DNA of 64,000 nt from contig NC_088857.1 in the NCBI RefSeq assembly GCF_963853765.1, positions 13,144,001-13,208,000 of the forward strand. Reading direction: 5' to 3'. The notes below the pieces were generated by a model. The model did not search any database, was not told the origin of the DNA, and saw nothing but the letters and a program-made list of their open reading frames with translations. This DNA comes from Magallana gigas (lineage: Eukaryota). Position numbers and translations under genes: made by a program. Shown in pieces: positions 11,424 through 21,726 of this stretch (position 1 is the stretch's first letter; each line of letters starts with the position of its first letter).

Positions 11424-12084
11424 AGTTCAAATTAGACGCAAATATTTAATTTGTAATAAAACAACAAAATCCCTTTGATTAGGTAATAAAACGGATTATC
11501 AAGCGCGTCTAAACCAATCAGATTTCAGTATTTAACATGAAAGTATAATAATTTCAATTGTTACCCTCCCAAACAGGCACTATTTATTTAATGGCCTGAG
11601 TATTAAAACTAATACTATAGATTATAATTACTGCCGCTGTATAGAAAAATGTGCTCAGCTTCTGAGAGGGATGCCGCACCCCAAAATTAACCCCCCCCCC
11701 ACCCCACCCCCCCCCCCCCCCCCCGCTTACAAATTCTCTGACCCAACGCCACGTTACGTGGTCACACATAAACGGTTATCAACCATGCGAGAAAGCGTTG
11801 GTTAACGTCTCAGAGATGAAAAGTTCGTTTAAAACATTAAGAAAAATGAAGCAGTTAGATAAATTATGTCCTAAACTGTTTACCAAACGTAATAGAAGTT
11901 GGCCTAAGATCAGACGTTAACCAACGCTTTTAGTAAACTATACTATAGAAACATGTCGTCATTAAGATTTTAGTAACCAAACTCGTAATCTATAAGATAT
12001 GAACTCGAGTATAATAATATGGATGGATTATAAAAAATGAACTTTATCTATTTTACAAGTTCTACAACTTATATTAATATCTCT

Positions 12085-12345
12085 CGTTGGCACGGATGTT
12101 AGCGCGAGGGGTCATTGGTGTGGGAAGAAGCCGGAGTACCCGGAGAGAACCCACGTGTCCAAGCGGGCGACCGCCAGGAATCAAGTCAAGTCTACCCAAC
12201 CCGACTCGCACCCAAACCAACTCGTACTCAAATGGTCAGGTCAGGACCACCATACCCTATCACAGATAACCACTGTCGATCACGGGTATCGAACTCGGGT
12301 CGTAGCGGTGACAAGCGAGTGCGTTTTCCACTACGCTACTTGCAC
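12085..12345 (-). mobile_element. tRNA-derived SINE with an internal insertion
   Basis: Minus strand has A box TAGCGTAGTGG and B box GTTCGATACCC (12284-12294). Plus strand has CCGGAGTACCCGGAGAGAACCCAC, a conserved invertebrate SINE body motif. Confidence 0.8.
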
Positions 12346-12662
12346 ACCTCTTTATTAAATGACATTTATTCTCACGTTAATGAGAATTTCGCTGTTTTAA
12401 TCAAGAGACCGAAGAAAACACACATCCATGTCCGGTATTTTAGTATTTTCAACTGTTCAAACTTGAACAATGTGGTGTGTTTTACAATTTTTCGTCAAAG
12501 CTATTTACGTAAAATATTGAAATTGCTTACTCATCTACGTCGTAACATACGTATATACATTTAACCCCTTTTCCTCAAGAAATTCTTACATTTGATGACA
12601 TTGGGATAATTTCTTAGAAATATACGTGTATGTAAATTCCACGACTATATACATGTATCATC

Positions 12663-12837
12663 CATGCGCGGATCTAGAGGGGGGGGGTCGGGGGGGTCCC
12701 GACCCCCCCTGGAAAATGAAAATTTATTAAATTTACATAGTAAAATTATCGCGAAAATATGCCTCGGACCCCCCCTGGCAAACACAATTATCCTTCGGAC
12801 CCCCCCCCCCTGGAAAATTTTTCTGGATCCGCGCATG
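12663..12837. mobile_element. MITE with CATGCGCGGATC TIRs and 5-bp TSD TCATC
   Basis: CATGCGCGGATCTAG...CTGGATCCGCGCATG; TCATC at 12658-12662 and 12838-12842. Confidence 0.9.
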
Positions 12838-13632
12838 TCATCCATATCACCCATATTTATAATCATATTAATATTAACATACTTATTTTGGAAGGGCGGG
12901 AATCCTGATGAAAACTGTGTGAAAAATGATAATTATGTGTTTTGTCGGATATTGGACTTGAAATTGATATTGCCCCTACATGCATGAAAAGATGAGACTT
13001 CTACTAATAGTATGCTGGGAAAACATTGCGTGTGTATATTTCAAGTTTATCTAAAAATCGGTAGCAGGCCACGCATATTCTAAAGCTACTGTTAAAAAGT
13101 TTTATGATTAGGCCTATATAAAAAGAAATACGGATTATAGCTTAACGTTATATAGGACTATAGATCATTATCCACATAATGACACAAAATTCATAATTAA
13201 CCCGGAGTCTGCGGGGTCAAAGATACAGATAACTAATTGTAGGTTTACCAATCATACTCAGACTGATTATATTAATAAGTAATTTTCTTTTTTTTTTTTA
13301 ATGCACCCCCCCCCCCGAAAAAACTACAAAAGTTTACGTTGTGGAACTCTTCTAAATTGGAGGTGGATATTTGATATATAGAAAACAGAAAGAAAAGGAG
13401 GGAAAAGTTTCTGTAGTTTGTAACGTATGTGGTTGTAATATGAAATTTTAATCGATCGAATAACGACATCTTTTTAGAGTGTCAGAGTTGATTACCAAAA
13501 GTGTTTACTACTCTTTGTTTGTAACTAATTAGGCTGCATTATCAATCATTTGCACCTCAGTGCTGTTACGAACTTGAACAACTGTTGAGCAGCTGTTAAA
13601 TTGAAGGAATTTCATTTTTGAAGTGTGTAAAG

Positions 13633-13788
13633 ATGCCGGAAAATGTTGAAATCAAAGCATCTATTGCAAACCTAGCAGACTTTCAAATTAAGGCAAAAGA
13701 ACTGAGTAAAACGGATGGGGAAGTACTGGTACAAGAAGACGTATTTTTCAGTGTTCCAAATGGACGGCTGAAATTGAGGACCGTTAAG
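13633..13788 (+). CDS. CYTH-domain (CyaB-like/triphosphate tunnel metalloenzyme) protein, exon 1
   Basis: MPENVEIKA (ExExK-type motif)...QEDVFFSVPNGRLKLR; donor GTAAAA, phase 0. Confidence 0.92.
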
Positions 13789-13931
13789 GTAAAATACCTG
13801 AAATGGCCAATCTGCAGTATGGATTGATTTTTTAAAGATAAAAATGCATGCTTAAACAATATTGTTGCATTTTATTTAGTATCATAGGCTATTAGATACA
13901 TAACATGTTATTCTATTTTTGTACACTAGTA

Positions 13932-14009
13932 ACTATATTCTCTTTTGAGAAGTGGACAGGCATAGTGGATGTAGGCTATGCCTGTCCACTTCTCAAAAGA
14001 GAATATAGT
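13932..14009. repeat. Perfect 34-bp inverted repeat with 10-nt loop in CYTH intron 1
   Basis: ACTATATTCTCTTTTGAGAAGTGGACAGGCATAG and its exact reverse complement. Confidence 0.97.
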
Positions 14010-14406
14010 AACTATAGCTTATTAGGCCTAACTGGAGTGAAAAAAAATTATAAAACAAATGTGGGGTTGTGATTCTACATTTAAAATATTTTTCAGTAGC
14101 ACACTATAGCCTGTATATGTATCTAACTTTTAAAATATATAATTTACATCTATGGGTAAAATTACTCTCAATGTGATAAAAAATATTTTAAATGAATGAA
14201 AGGTACATACATGTATATAGGTTCTGTACGTAATACTTAAATTCAATTACATGTACTATATTTTCTGTTGTAAGATATTTATGAAGCACATTTTCTTAAA
14301 TCATTCTCAATTAACAGCCTTTTTTGTTCAATTCACTACATAAATCCCACCCCATCCCTTAGTTATCATATAGAACCTGCATGTTTAATTGCGCCTTCTG
14401 TTGTAG

Positions 14407-14508
14407 GATGTTAAATCGGAATTGATTTTCTACGATCGACCCGATCAGGAGGGACCAAAGCACAGCGAATTCTACACTACTCCAGTCCCAGACCCTGATT
14501 CTTTGAAG
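14407..14508 (+). CDS. CYTH-domain protein, exon 2
   Basis: DVKSELIFYDRPDQEGPKHSEF...; AG/GT bounded, 102 nt. Confidence 0.9.
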
Positions 14509-14654
14509 GTCATTTCTTAAAGCATTTATCAGCATCACAATTTTTTTTCCATAAAAGTAGTAGATCAGCTATGTTTCTTTAATTGTTTTGGATTTATTTT
14601 TTGGTCAGTGCCACAGCACCATGTACCGATAAATAACATATTTTTGATACATAG

Positions 14655-14780
14655 GACTGTTTGAGTCGAGCTGTGGGTATCAAAGGTGTCCTGAGGAAAG
14701 TGAGGACTTTGTACATGGTGGGTCAAACCCGAGTCCATGTAGACCAAGTAGAGGGGCTGGGAAGCTTCATGGAACTTGAG
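14655..14780 (+). CDS. CYTH-domain protein, exon 3
   Basis: ...GVLRKVRTLYMVGQTRVHVDQVEGLGSFMELE, typical CyaB-family motifs. Confidence 0.93.
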
Positions 14781-14920
14781 GTATGGAATCTTAAAGCTAA
14801 CTTTTTTGACAATTATTGAAACAGTATGCATTACATGTACCATTAATAGTCCAGGAAAAGTTGGCAGTCACAAATTTTAATAATTAAGAGTATCAGAGTA
14901 ACTGAATAAACTTAAAACAT

Positions 14921-15043
14921 GCTCTACTACTTGGCCTATATAAATTGATTCCAGTTCACCATGCAGATATATATAGGTAGTGCTCTGCTACTTTGGCCTA
15001 TATAAATTGATTCAAGTTCACCATGCAGATATATATAAGTAGT
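14921..15043. repeat. Two-copy ~61-bp tandem duplication in CYTH intron 3
   Basis: GCTCT.CTAC.TTGGCCTATATAAATTGATT..AGTTCACCATGCAGATATATATA occurs twice. Confidence 0.9.
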
Positions 15044-15180
15044 AGATAAATCAAATTTGAGCCAAAAAGTATAAACCAAATAAAAACCCCCAGAATGAGT
15101 TATTTTATATCATATGTCCCTCAAAGTCATCATTTCATCTCATTTTTCATATATTAATATAAATAAACCTGATATTTCAG

Positions 15181-15327
15181 GTACAGATGCAGGAAGGTCA
15201 GACTGTTGAACAGCTGCAGACAATAGCAGAGGACCTGATGCAGAAACTGGGGGTATCCAACAAGGACTTGATTTCTGTGGCTTATATGGACTTACTGCTT
15301 AAAAAGCAGTCCCAAACCTCTGGATAG
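15181..15327 (+). CDS. CYTH-domain protein, last exon (176 aa total)
   Basis: VQMQEGQ...LISVAYMDLLL... then TAG; the AYxDLL motif is typical of the family C-terminus. Confidence 0.92.
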   Translation, partial: VQMQEGQTVEQLQTIAEDLMQKLGVSNKDLISVAYMDLLLKKQSQTSG

Positions 15328-16063
15328 TCTCCGGGATATACCGTACTGTAAAAGGAGATTCCATTGGAATAAAAACTACAAACAATTGTTTTCATTGATT
15401 TAATTTATTTTTGGTGAAGATAATTTTTTTGAAACACTGTAGGCATTTACTTCTTGTCCAGATAGGTATAATGGTATCTCCAAAACAATTACATTACAAG
15501 GTGTAGTGTTAATGTAAAGGTAAAATCATGTACTTGTGATAATATTAGAACTACATTAAAAATAAGCATTCAGATTTACGACATTTTACTCATCTGTCTA
15601 AGTACATAGTGACTTCATACCATAATTAAACCACATTTAAATTCACAAATACTCCATTTTGCATTATATACTAGTACAAGTGATAAACTGGTTTGCAGAC
15701 AATAATATATTTGATGAAGCTTATGTTGATAATATCAAACAAATACACGATTCATGAAAATAGTGGTTGTGGCAAGGAATATTGGCAACCAAAAGCCTTG
15801 TAAAATTCTCTCTTACTGGATAAAAAAAGGGTAGTATTTCAGAAGCAAAAGTACTAACAAAGTAAGGCTGACAATACTGTATATTCAGTTTCCCTGCAAC
15901 TGTCACATTTTATACATATTGTAAAGGGTAATACATGGTACTTTAAATTACATCAAGTTATTCCCCTTATCATATTTTGTGGTTTAAGAAAGTGGAAATT
16001 AAATACCCTGTTGCATTACATTTACATGTAATTGAGACCTTTGGCCTGAAAAAGTAAATTATA

Positions 16064-16237
16064 CAGTAAAACACGGTTATAGCGAACACGCTTATAATGA
16101 ATTGACGCTTACAGCGAAGTGAATTTCATTCCCCAAGTCTCTATTTCATGTTGTAAACTTGACGGATATAACGAATTACGCTTATAACGAAGTTAAATTG
16201 GCCGTCCCTGGGACTTCGTTATAAGCGTGTTTTACTG
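16064..16237. mobile_element. Tc1/mariner/pogo-type MITE with TA TSD
   Basis: TA-CAGTAAAACACG...CGTGTTTTACTG-TA. Confidence 0.9.
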
Positions 16238-16643
16238 TAGTCTAAAAGGTCCTGGCTTTTTAGGTAGTAATTTTTTACCTCCTGATGAATAAGATTTTGA
16301 TACTTCCCAGCATGTTTGACTGCTGGTATATATATGAAGGAATAAGGAAATAATAACTAATGTCTGATTCTCAGTAACATTTACCAGTAGCTCTAAAATC
16401 AGGGAACTATTTGTTTATATCAGATTTGGCTTCTATACGGGTAGCAATCATGCTGTGTTTTTGAATGATATACTTTATAGTGAGGATGATATGTTAAAAA
16501 TGATAAAACCTCTAATTAGATGTACATGGTGTGGATTATGTCCTGTTTTCCACTGTCACTATTGTCAGTTGCAAAGCCCTCTTCCAATGTAAGGTAATGT
16601 TAATCATTAACAAAAATTCTTATATGGGTTTAATGAATAAACT

Positions 16644-16884
16644 TCACAAAGTTGATAAAAACATAGATAAAGAAGCTGGTTTGTTGTCTTTCTTGTCTTG
16701 TGCAAGCATTTTACTCAGTTGTTGGTGTCGATTTTTGCCTGCAAGTTTCTTGGCTAAATTTCCTGGTTTAGCAGGATTCACTTTGTTGAGGTTAGATGAG
16801 TTTTTATTTTGAGCACTAGGCACTGCTGTTTTATTCTGCACCTTGTTGTTGATCACAGGACTAACATCCGCTGTGTGACTCTCA
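16644..16884 (-). CDS. C18orf21: C18orf21/RMP24 homolog, last exon (acceptor position uncertain)
   Basis: HQQLSKMLAQ...SLSMFLSTL then stop resembles HFSQLKMLLSQ...FRNFLSSL. The acceptor at 16885 was chosen to fit phase 2. Confidence 0.8.
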
Positions 16885-17598
16885 CTGAAATGCATTAAAT
16901 CTTCAAAGTATAAGTCAACTGCAGTTTGAAAAATTTACAAAATGCATGTTAAATTTTAGATAATGCCCAACAATAGTCTATGGAAATGTATAGCACACAT
17001 TTCTGTGTACAGTGCATTCAAAGAGTTATATATAGAACTATGGTGTATACGTTTTAACAGAACCACATATTGTACCGGTAACTGCTTAGGTTTGAACCTC
17101 GGTCCTCTGGCTTACAAACCAAGCACTCTAGGAAGCCAGCTAAGGGGTTAACACACAAGCTAAAGCTAGCAGGAATACCAAATTACTAACACTATCACAT
17201 TTTCCCCCTACTTAGAACAAGTTGACTATTGTAGAATGCCAGCACCTGTGGGGTGAAGTTCTGAAGACAATCTCTCTCATCTGCTAGAGAATATCTCAGT
17301 ATTAACCTCAGCACCATGTATTGTAAGCCAACTTTATTCGCGATGACTATATTTCTCAATTAACCAGAGGTAAACTGAATCCGTGCGACTAATTTTTCCA
17401 ATCAAGATGTAGACTATTTGGGAAATAAAATACTAAAGATACAGGGATGGCTTGTTTACAAATCCAACAATCTATAGATTGAGCTTAAAGGTTAACCAAC
17501 TAGCAAGATCTACTCTAGATGGAATGCCACATTTCTAAAAACTACCACATTTTATAAAGATCGAGGTATTTTTAAAAGAAAATGTAGAAAGCAATTAC

Positions 17599-17725
17599 CT
17601 AGAATCCATACAGTCTTGTGGTATCAGATTGTTAAGTTGTTTCTTTTTCAGTCTTTTCTTTTGTTTTTTTGTTAACTTTTTCTCCTCGATTTTAGTTGAT
17701 TCTGTTTCTTCTGTTTTAAGAACTA
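17599..17725 (-). CDS. C18orf21: C18orf21/RMP24 homolog, exon 5 (Lys-rich)
   Basis: TTTTCAG acceptor, GTAATT donor, open frame ...EEKKLTKKQKKRLKKKQ...; phase 1 to 2. Confidence 0.75.
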
Positions 17726-18419
17726 CTGAAAACAATAACAATATACTGTAGATAAACTGATGCTGCATTATCCATCTAATGTTTCACATGTCCAATTCAT
17801 TTCTAAATACGGTACACAATTTGAAACCTCATACTCAAATTCATATTCTCCAAACCTTAAACACTAACTACTATAATTACAATAGTATTATTATCGGTCT
17901 AACTGTTGTTTTCAATTTGACCTTGAACTTGATAAATTATGAAGGTCATCTTTAATCAAGGTCATTTAAGAAGACCTTGATAATCATCAGTCAACAACCT
18001 TGACTCGACCTTTGAAATGAAGCTTTTCTATTGTTTGGTGGAATGTTAAGAACATGCTACATAAGTGATAACAAACAAAAATAAATATACCTCTTGGGCT
18101 TCAACTTCAGGACAATTTAGTCAAATACAAAAGAATAATTGGCCCACTGACTAGGAAACATAGCAAATGCATAAACCTTCTAAAACAACCTATGAATGCA
18201 TTCGTTTTAACATCTGTAAAACTTTAAATCTGTTATCTGCAATTTTTCCCAGCTTACATTTCAATGAAAGTAAGCATCAAAGTTTATCTTAAACAGATCT
18301 GGCATTTTTACTTTAAATAAATGATAAAATTCTACCCTACAGCAAAGCACTGATCAGCTAATTATTACTAGTTAGCAGTTGTGGACTTTGAAGATGAGTG
18401 TGACAGTATATACATGTAC

Positions 18420-18510
18420 CTGGTTTTAAAGATTGAACTCTTTTGGTTTGTAATTCTCTTGTTTGTGCTGGAAACTTGCTTGTTTTGCTGCATTGCAAGC
18501 ATGTTTTTAT
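18420..18510 (-). CDS. C18orf21: C18orf21/RMP24 homolog, exon 4
   Basis: IKTCLQCSKT supplies the second CxxC of the zinc site. Confidence 0.85.
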
Positions 18511-19086
18511 CTGAAATGCAAAAACATAGTACATGTTGAAACATAGGGTAAACATACATTATACATGTATATAAGTGAGAAAAGACAGTCATCAAGACAT
18601 GGGATCTACATTATTCGTCTATTTGTCCTTATCTCAATAATGGAGGTTAAAGACATTTCTTTTGTCATGAAAGCAATTCTCTCCTCTGCTTGATACATTT
18701 TCTGTGTGTAAAGATTGCATTAATTTCAATCAAAGTCAGTTTCCTGGCACTGAGAATTATGAACTCACACTCTGTAACCCTTATCCAACCAATGCTATAT
18801 ACATGGTTAAGAATAGTTGAAATTTCTATTACTTCATTTATAATTTACACTGTAGCCTAGTTCACCTGGGTAATTCAGGCAGTCTAAATCAGATGTTGTT
18901 CATCTCTAAATAAATAAGCATTTACTATGGAAAGAATCAACTACACTGTATCAAAATTTTTAGAGTACTCCTCTAATTGCAGAAAACACATTCATGAAAA
19001 TATTAAATGAATATATGCTCGTTATCAGAAACAATTATGAACAGACATTAAGATTTCTCAATTCAGGTTGCAGACAACATACATAC

Positions 19087-19286
19087 CAACACATTTTTAC
19101 TCCTGAGATATCTTTGCACTAAGTTTCTCTGATATTTGCTCAAGGCTTCTGGGTTTTCTTTATGTCTCTCCAACAGTTTTGACATGTTTCTGTTCAAAGT
19201 TAACTTTGGTCTGATTCTTACCCTGCAAGTCTCAGGTGTAAAAATGTTACCACAATAACTGCAGTGTTTCAAAGACACTGTTACTT
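19087..19286 (-). CDS. C18orf21: C18orf21/RMP24 homolog, exon 3
   Basis: HCSYCGNIFTPETCRVRIRPKLTL...RSKNVL resembles CPYCFQLLVLDNSRVRLKPK...DSKSVL. Confidence 0.9.
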
Positions 19287-19389
19287 CTGTGAAAAAATTT
19301 ATAATTGAACATACAGATGATGAATAAATAATTAAGATATAAAAAAACAATTTTTATAATTCAGTTAATTAGATAAAAAAAAAAAATAC

Positions 19390-19430
19390 CTTTGTCAGTT
19401 TTGTTTCCACTTGAAGATAAACCTTTAAAT
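19390..19430 (-). CDS. C18orf21: C18orf21/RMP24 homolog, exon 2
   Basis: 41-nt AG/GT exon bridging phase 2 to phase 1 (RFKGLSSSGNKTDK). Confidence 0.65.
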
Positions 19431-19573
19431 CTAGAATAAGATTAAAATAATACGTGTTACTTAATTTACTGGGATCATTAAGTCTTCAAGTTTTATATTA
19501 ATATATAGGTGTTGATTAATGCTGCCTTCTTGGGCTATTATCAGATAAAATATGATATGTGTTATTTCATTAC

Positions 19574-19650
19574 CTCAAATATTTCGCTACTGCATCCCCC
19601 TCCTTGGTTAATAACTTCGCTAGAGCTCGGAGATGTGTTGTTTTGCTCAT
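19574..19650 (-). CDS. C18orf21: C18orf21/RMP24 homolog (RNase MRP subunit), exon 1
   Basis: MSKTTHLRALAKLLTKEGDAVAKYL resembles MRQKHYLEAAARGL...QARYL; donor GTAATG. Confidence 0.75.
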
Positions 19651-19806
19651 ATTTCAGTATTTGCATGGCATGGAATTATCGAAAATGAAAGTAAGAATAC
19701 AGTAATTCTACCTCCTTAAAGAGAAGAGTTCCACTAAGTCCAAACTATCAACAAGTTTGCAATGACCTGACAACAGGAAAGATTTACAGTTTTCAACAAG
19801 TTTAAA

Positions 19807-19901
19807 ATGGCAACCATTGCTCAACAAGTGAATTACCTCCTGGCCTCTGGCCAGTATCACACCATACTGTCCATTATAAAGGGGTTTAGGAATGGAGCAG
19901 T
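19807..19901 (+). CDS. PXMP4: Peroxisomal membrane protein 4, exon 1
   Basis: MATIAQQVNYLLASGQYHTILSIIKGFRNGAV; contains the KGFRNGAV signature. Confidence 0.95.
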
Positions 19902-21663
19902 GTATGTATGATTGTTGTTTTCGTTATGTCAATGCTCTTTTCTTTTATGGAGTGGGAAGCATTTATTGTACTTAGGCATAGCTATAAATATCAAAGACTA
20001 TAAGCAATTTTTATGTTTAAGATTATCAGTATGATTGGATGCCATGTGTCCATGTCTTTACTAATTGAATAAATTTAGTCTTACTCTAGTGGAATGAGGG
20101 TATTTTAGTTAACATCTTCCCTAGCCAAGGGTTTTTGGTCCACTTTACTCCCCATAAACCCTTGGCGGATTTCATTACGAAAACTCGGTGATGTGGTGGC
20201 GCTATCTAGCGAGCAACGTGAGTTGCGCCCCTTGAATATATACATTTTAATCGAATTAAACGAACAACGGGTTATATATACACTACGGCACTAATACAAC
20301 TTGAAAACATGTTGACTACCGAATATCGGAACATAATAAACAATACGAATTAAGTTATAACCTAGGGAAAGCACGGAGTGTTTTATTCATAGTGTTTTGT
20401 TTAATTTAAAATTAAGGCACTGTTATATTTTATATTTAGATAATTTAATTGCTGTCATTTTGGTTTCAGTACATATAGTGTTCCACTTTAATTTCTGCAT
20501 TGGCAAAATGAAGCGATCAGCAGAATAATGACCACCAGCATGTTTACTAACATTTTTTTAAAAGTACATTTATCTTCTTGGAGAAAGATTGTATAGAATT
20601 ACATAATCATGAGAGACTCAAGCTGGTTTTGCAGAGTTATTTTTTTTCAATATGGCATGTATGTTTGCTCTAAAACTAGACCAAGAAAAGGTCCTATAAA
20701 AAGATGCTTAAGAACAAATGGAGACTCGATCCCAACAGACTTTTAAAAATAAATTGAAAGAATTTGTTGGATCTCATCATAAGTCAGAGTTTTTTATTCA
20801 GTTGATAAGAAATATGTAATTTTATCAATTCATTCCTACCAAATGAGATACATGTACTGTCATTGAGACAGATTGAATGTATGTAAGTATGTGTACCATG
20901 AAAAAATGCATGTATGCAGTCATTAGCTGTTGATATATTGCTGCATCAAACATGTTGCTCAGATCATGGCCAGTAACTTTTTCACTACTGTTGTTGAAAT
21001 ATTCCTATCGGAGTTATTGGTCTTTTCAGCTTTGATTCATGAATTTTGGTATACTGTTTAGATTTTAGATTTTACAAGGTCGCCAATAAACTATGATATT
21101 TTCACACTAAAATACTCACTTGAGATGGATTTTAACAGTGCAAGTCAAACAGCTATGTTAGATTACATGCACAGATGAATTTTGTGTTAGTAAAAAGTTT
21201 TGAAAACCACTGCAGAAAATGGCCCTGGATAGTATGAAGAACCATTAAGGTACCACTTATGGTGAAAAGAAATTGAGATATTTGTATATGGTAATACAGA
21301 CAATCAAAAAATGTTAATGTCTAGTTGTTCACAAAGTTCATGAGAGCAATTATTGAATGTTTGTTGCGAGTTACCTGTACACATGTTCATGAATAATATT
21401 TTCATTTTGAAAGTATATACATGAGAGAAAATTTTAAATATTATTTTCTGGTTTAGGATAAAAATATTGCAATGTTACATGGGTTTGAACTTAAAATTTA
21501 CATGCAGTCTAAATATAGGCATTGACTTGTCCCAGACTGCACACAAAAAATCATTTGTCTACTGTCTATATATGTAACTCAGTCAAATATCCAATCTCAT
21601 ACAATGAATTAACCAATCTTGGGATCATTGAATTTTAAACTTCTTAATTATTTGTGATTGTAG

Positions 21664-21726
21664 ATATGGTGCTAAAATCCGGTTTCCCCATGCTCTGGTG
21701 ATGACTTTCCTTTTCAAGAGAGGAAG
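21664..21726 (+). CDS. PXMP4: PXMP4 exon 2
   Basis: YGAKIRFPHALVMTFLF; AG/GTAAGG. Confidence 0.96.

Larger units (their letters stand above)
9740..11538. mobile_element. Non-coding palindromic element (Crypton-like by architecture) with ~45-bp terminal inverted repeats, ~738-bp internal duplication, two ~180-nt hairpins and three 30-bp arrays
   Basis: TIRs 9740-9785 and 11495-11538 share TGAAATCTGATTGGTTTAGACGC, with TTAA at both outer ends. Hairpins at 9793-9971 and 10531-10710. The family assignment is inference. Confidence 0.75.

Noticed and set aside
10244-11430. CRISPR array or repeat-protein ORFs (RRSIDCDLLD)n
   Set aside because: Repeats are contiguous with no spacers, there are no cas genes, the context is eukaryotic, and the ORFs are by-products of a 30-bp period.
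17085-17150. tRNA-like sequence on the minus strand
   Set aside because: Too degenerate; likely a SINE-head remnant.
20117-20369. CpG-richer patch in PXMP4 intron 1 with an 11-bp stem (GCCAAGGGTTT/AAACCCTTGGC) and 8-bp outer inverted repeat
   Set aside because: Could be a promoter or old element, but the repeats are too short to support a call.
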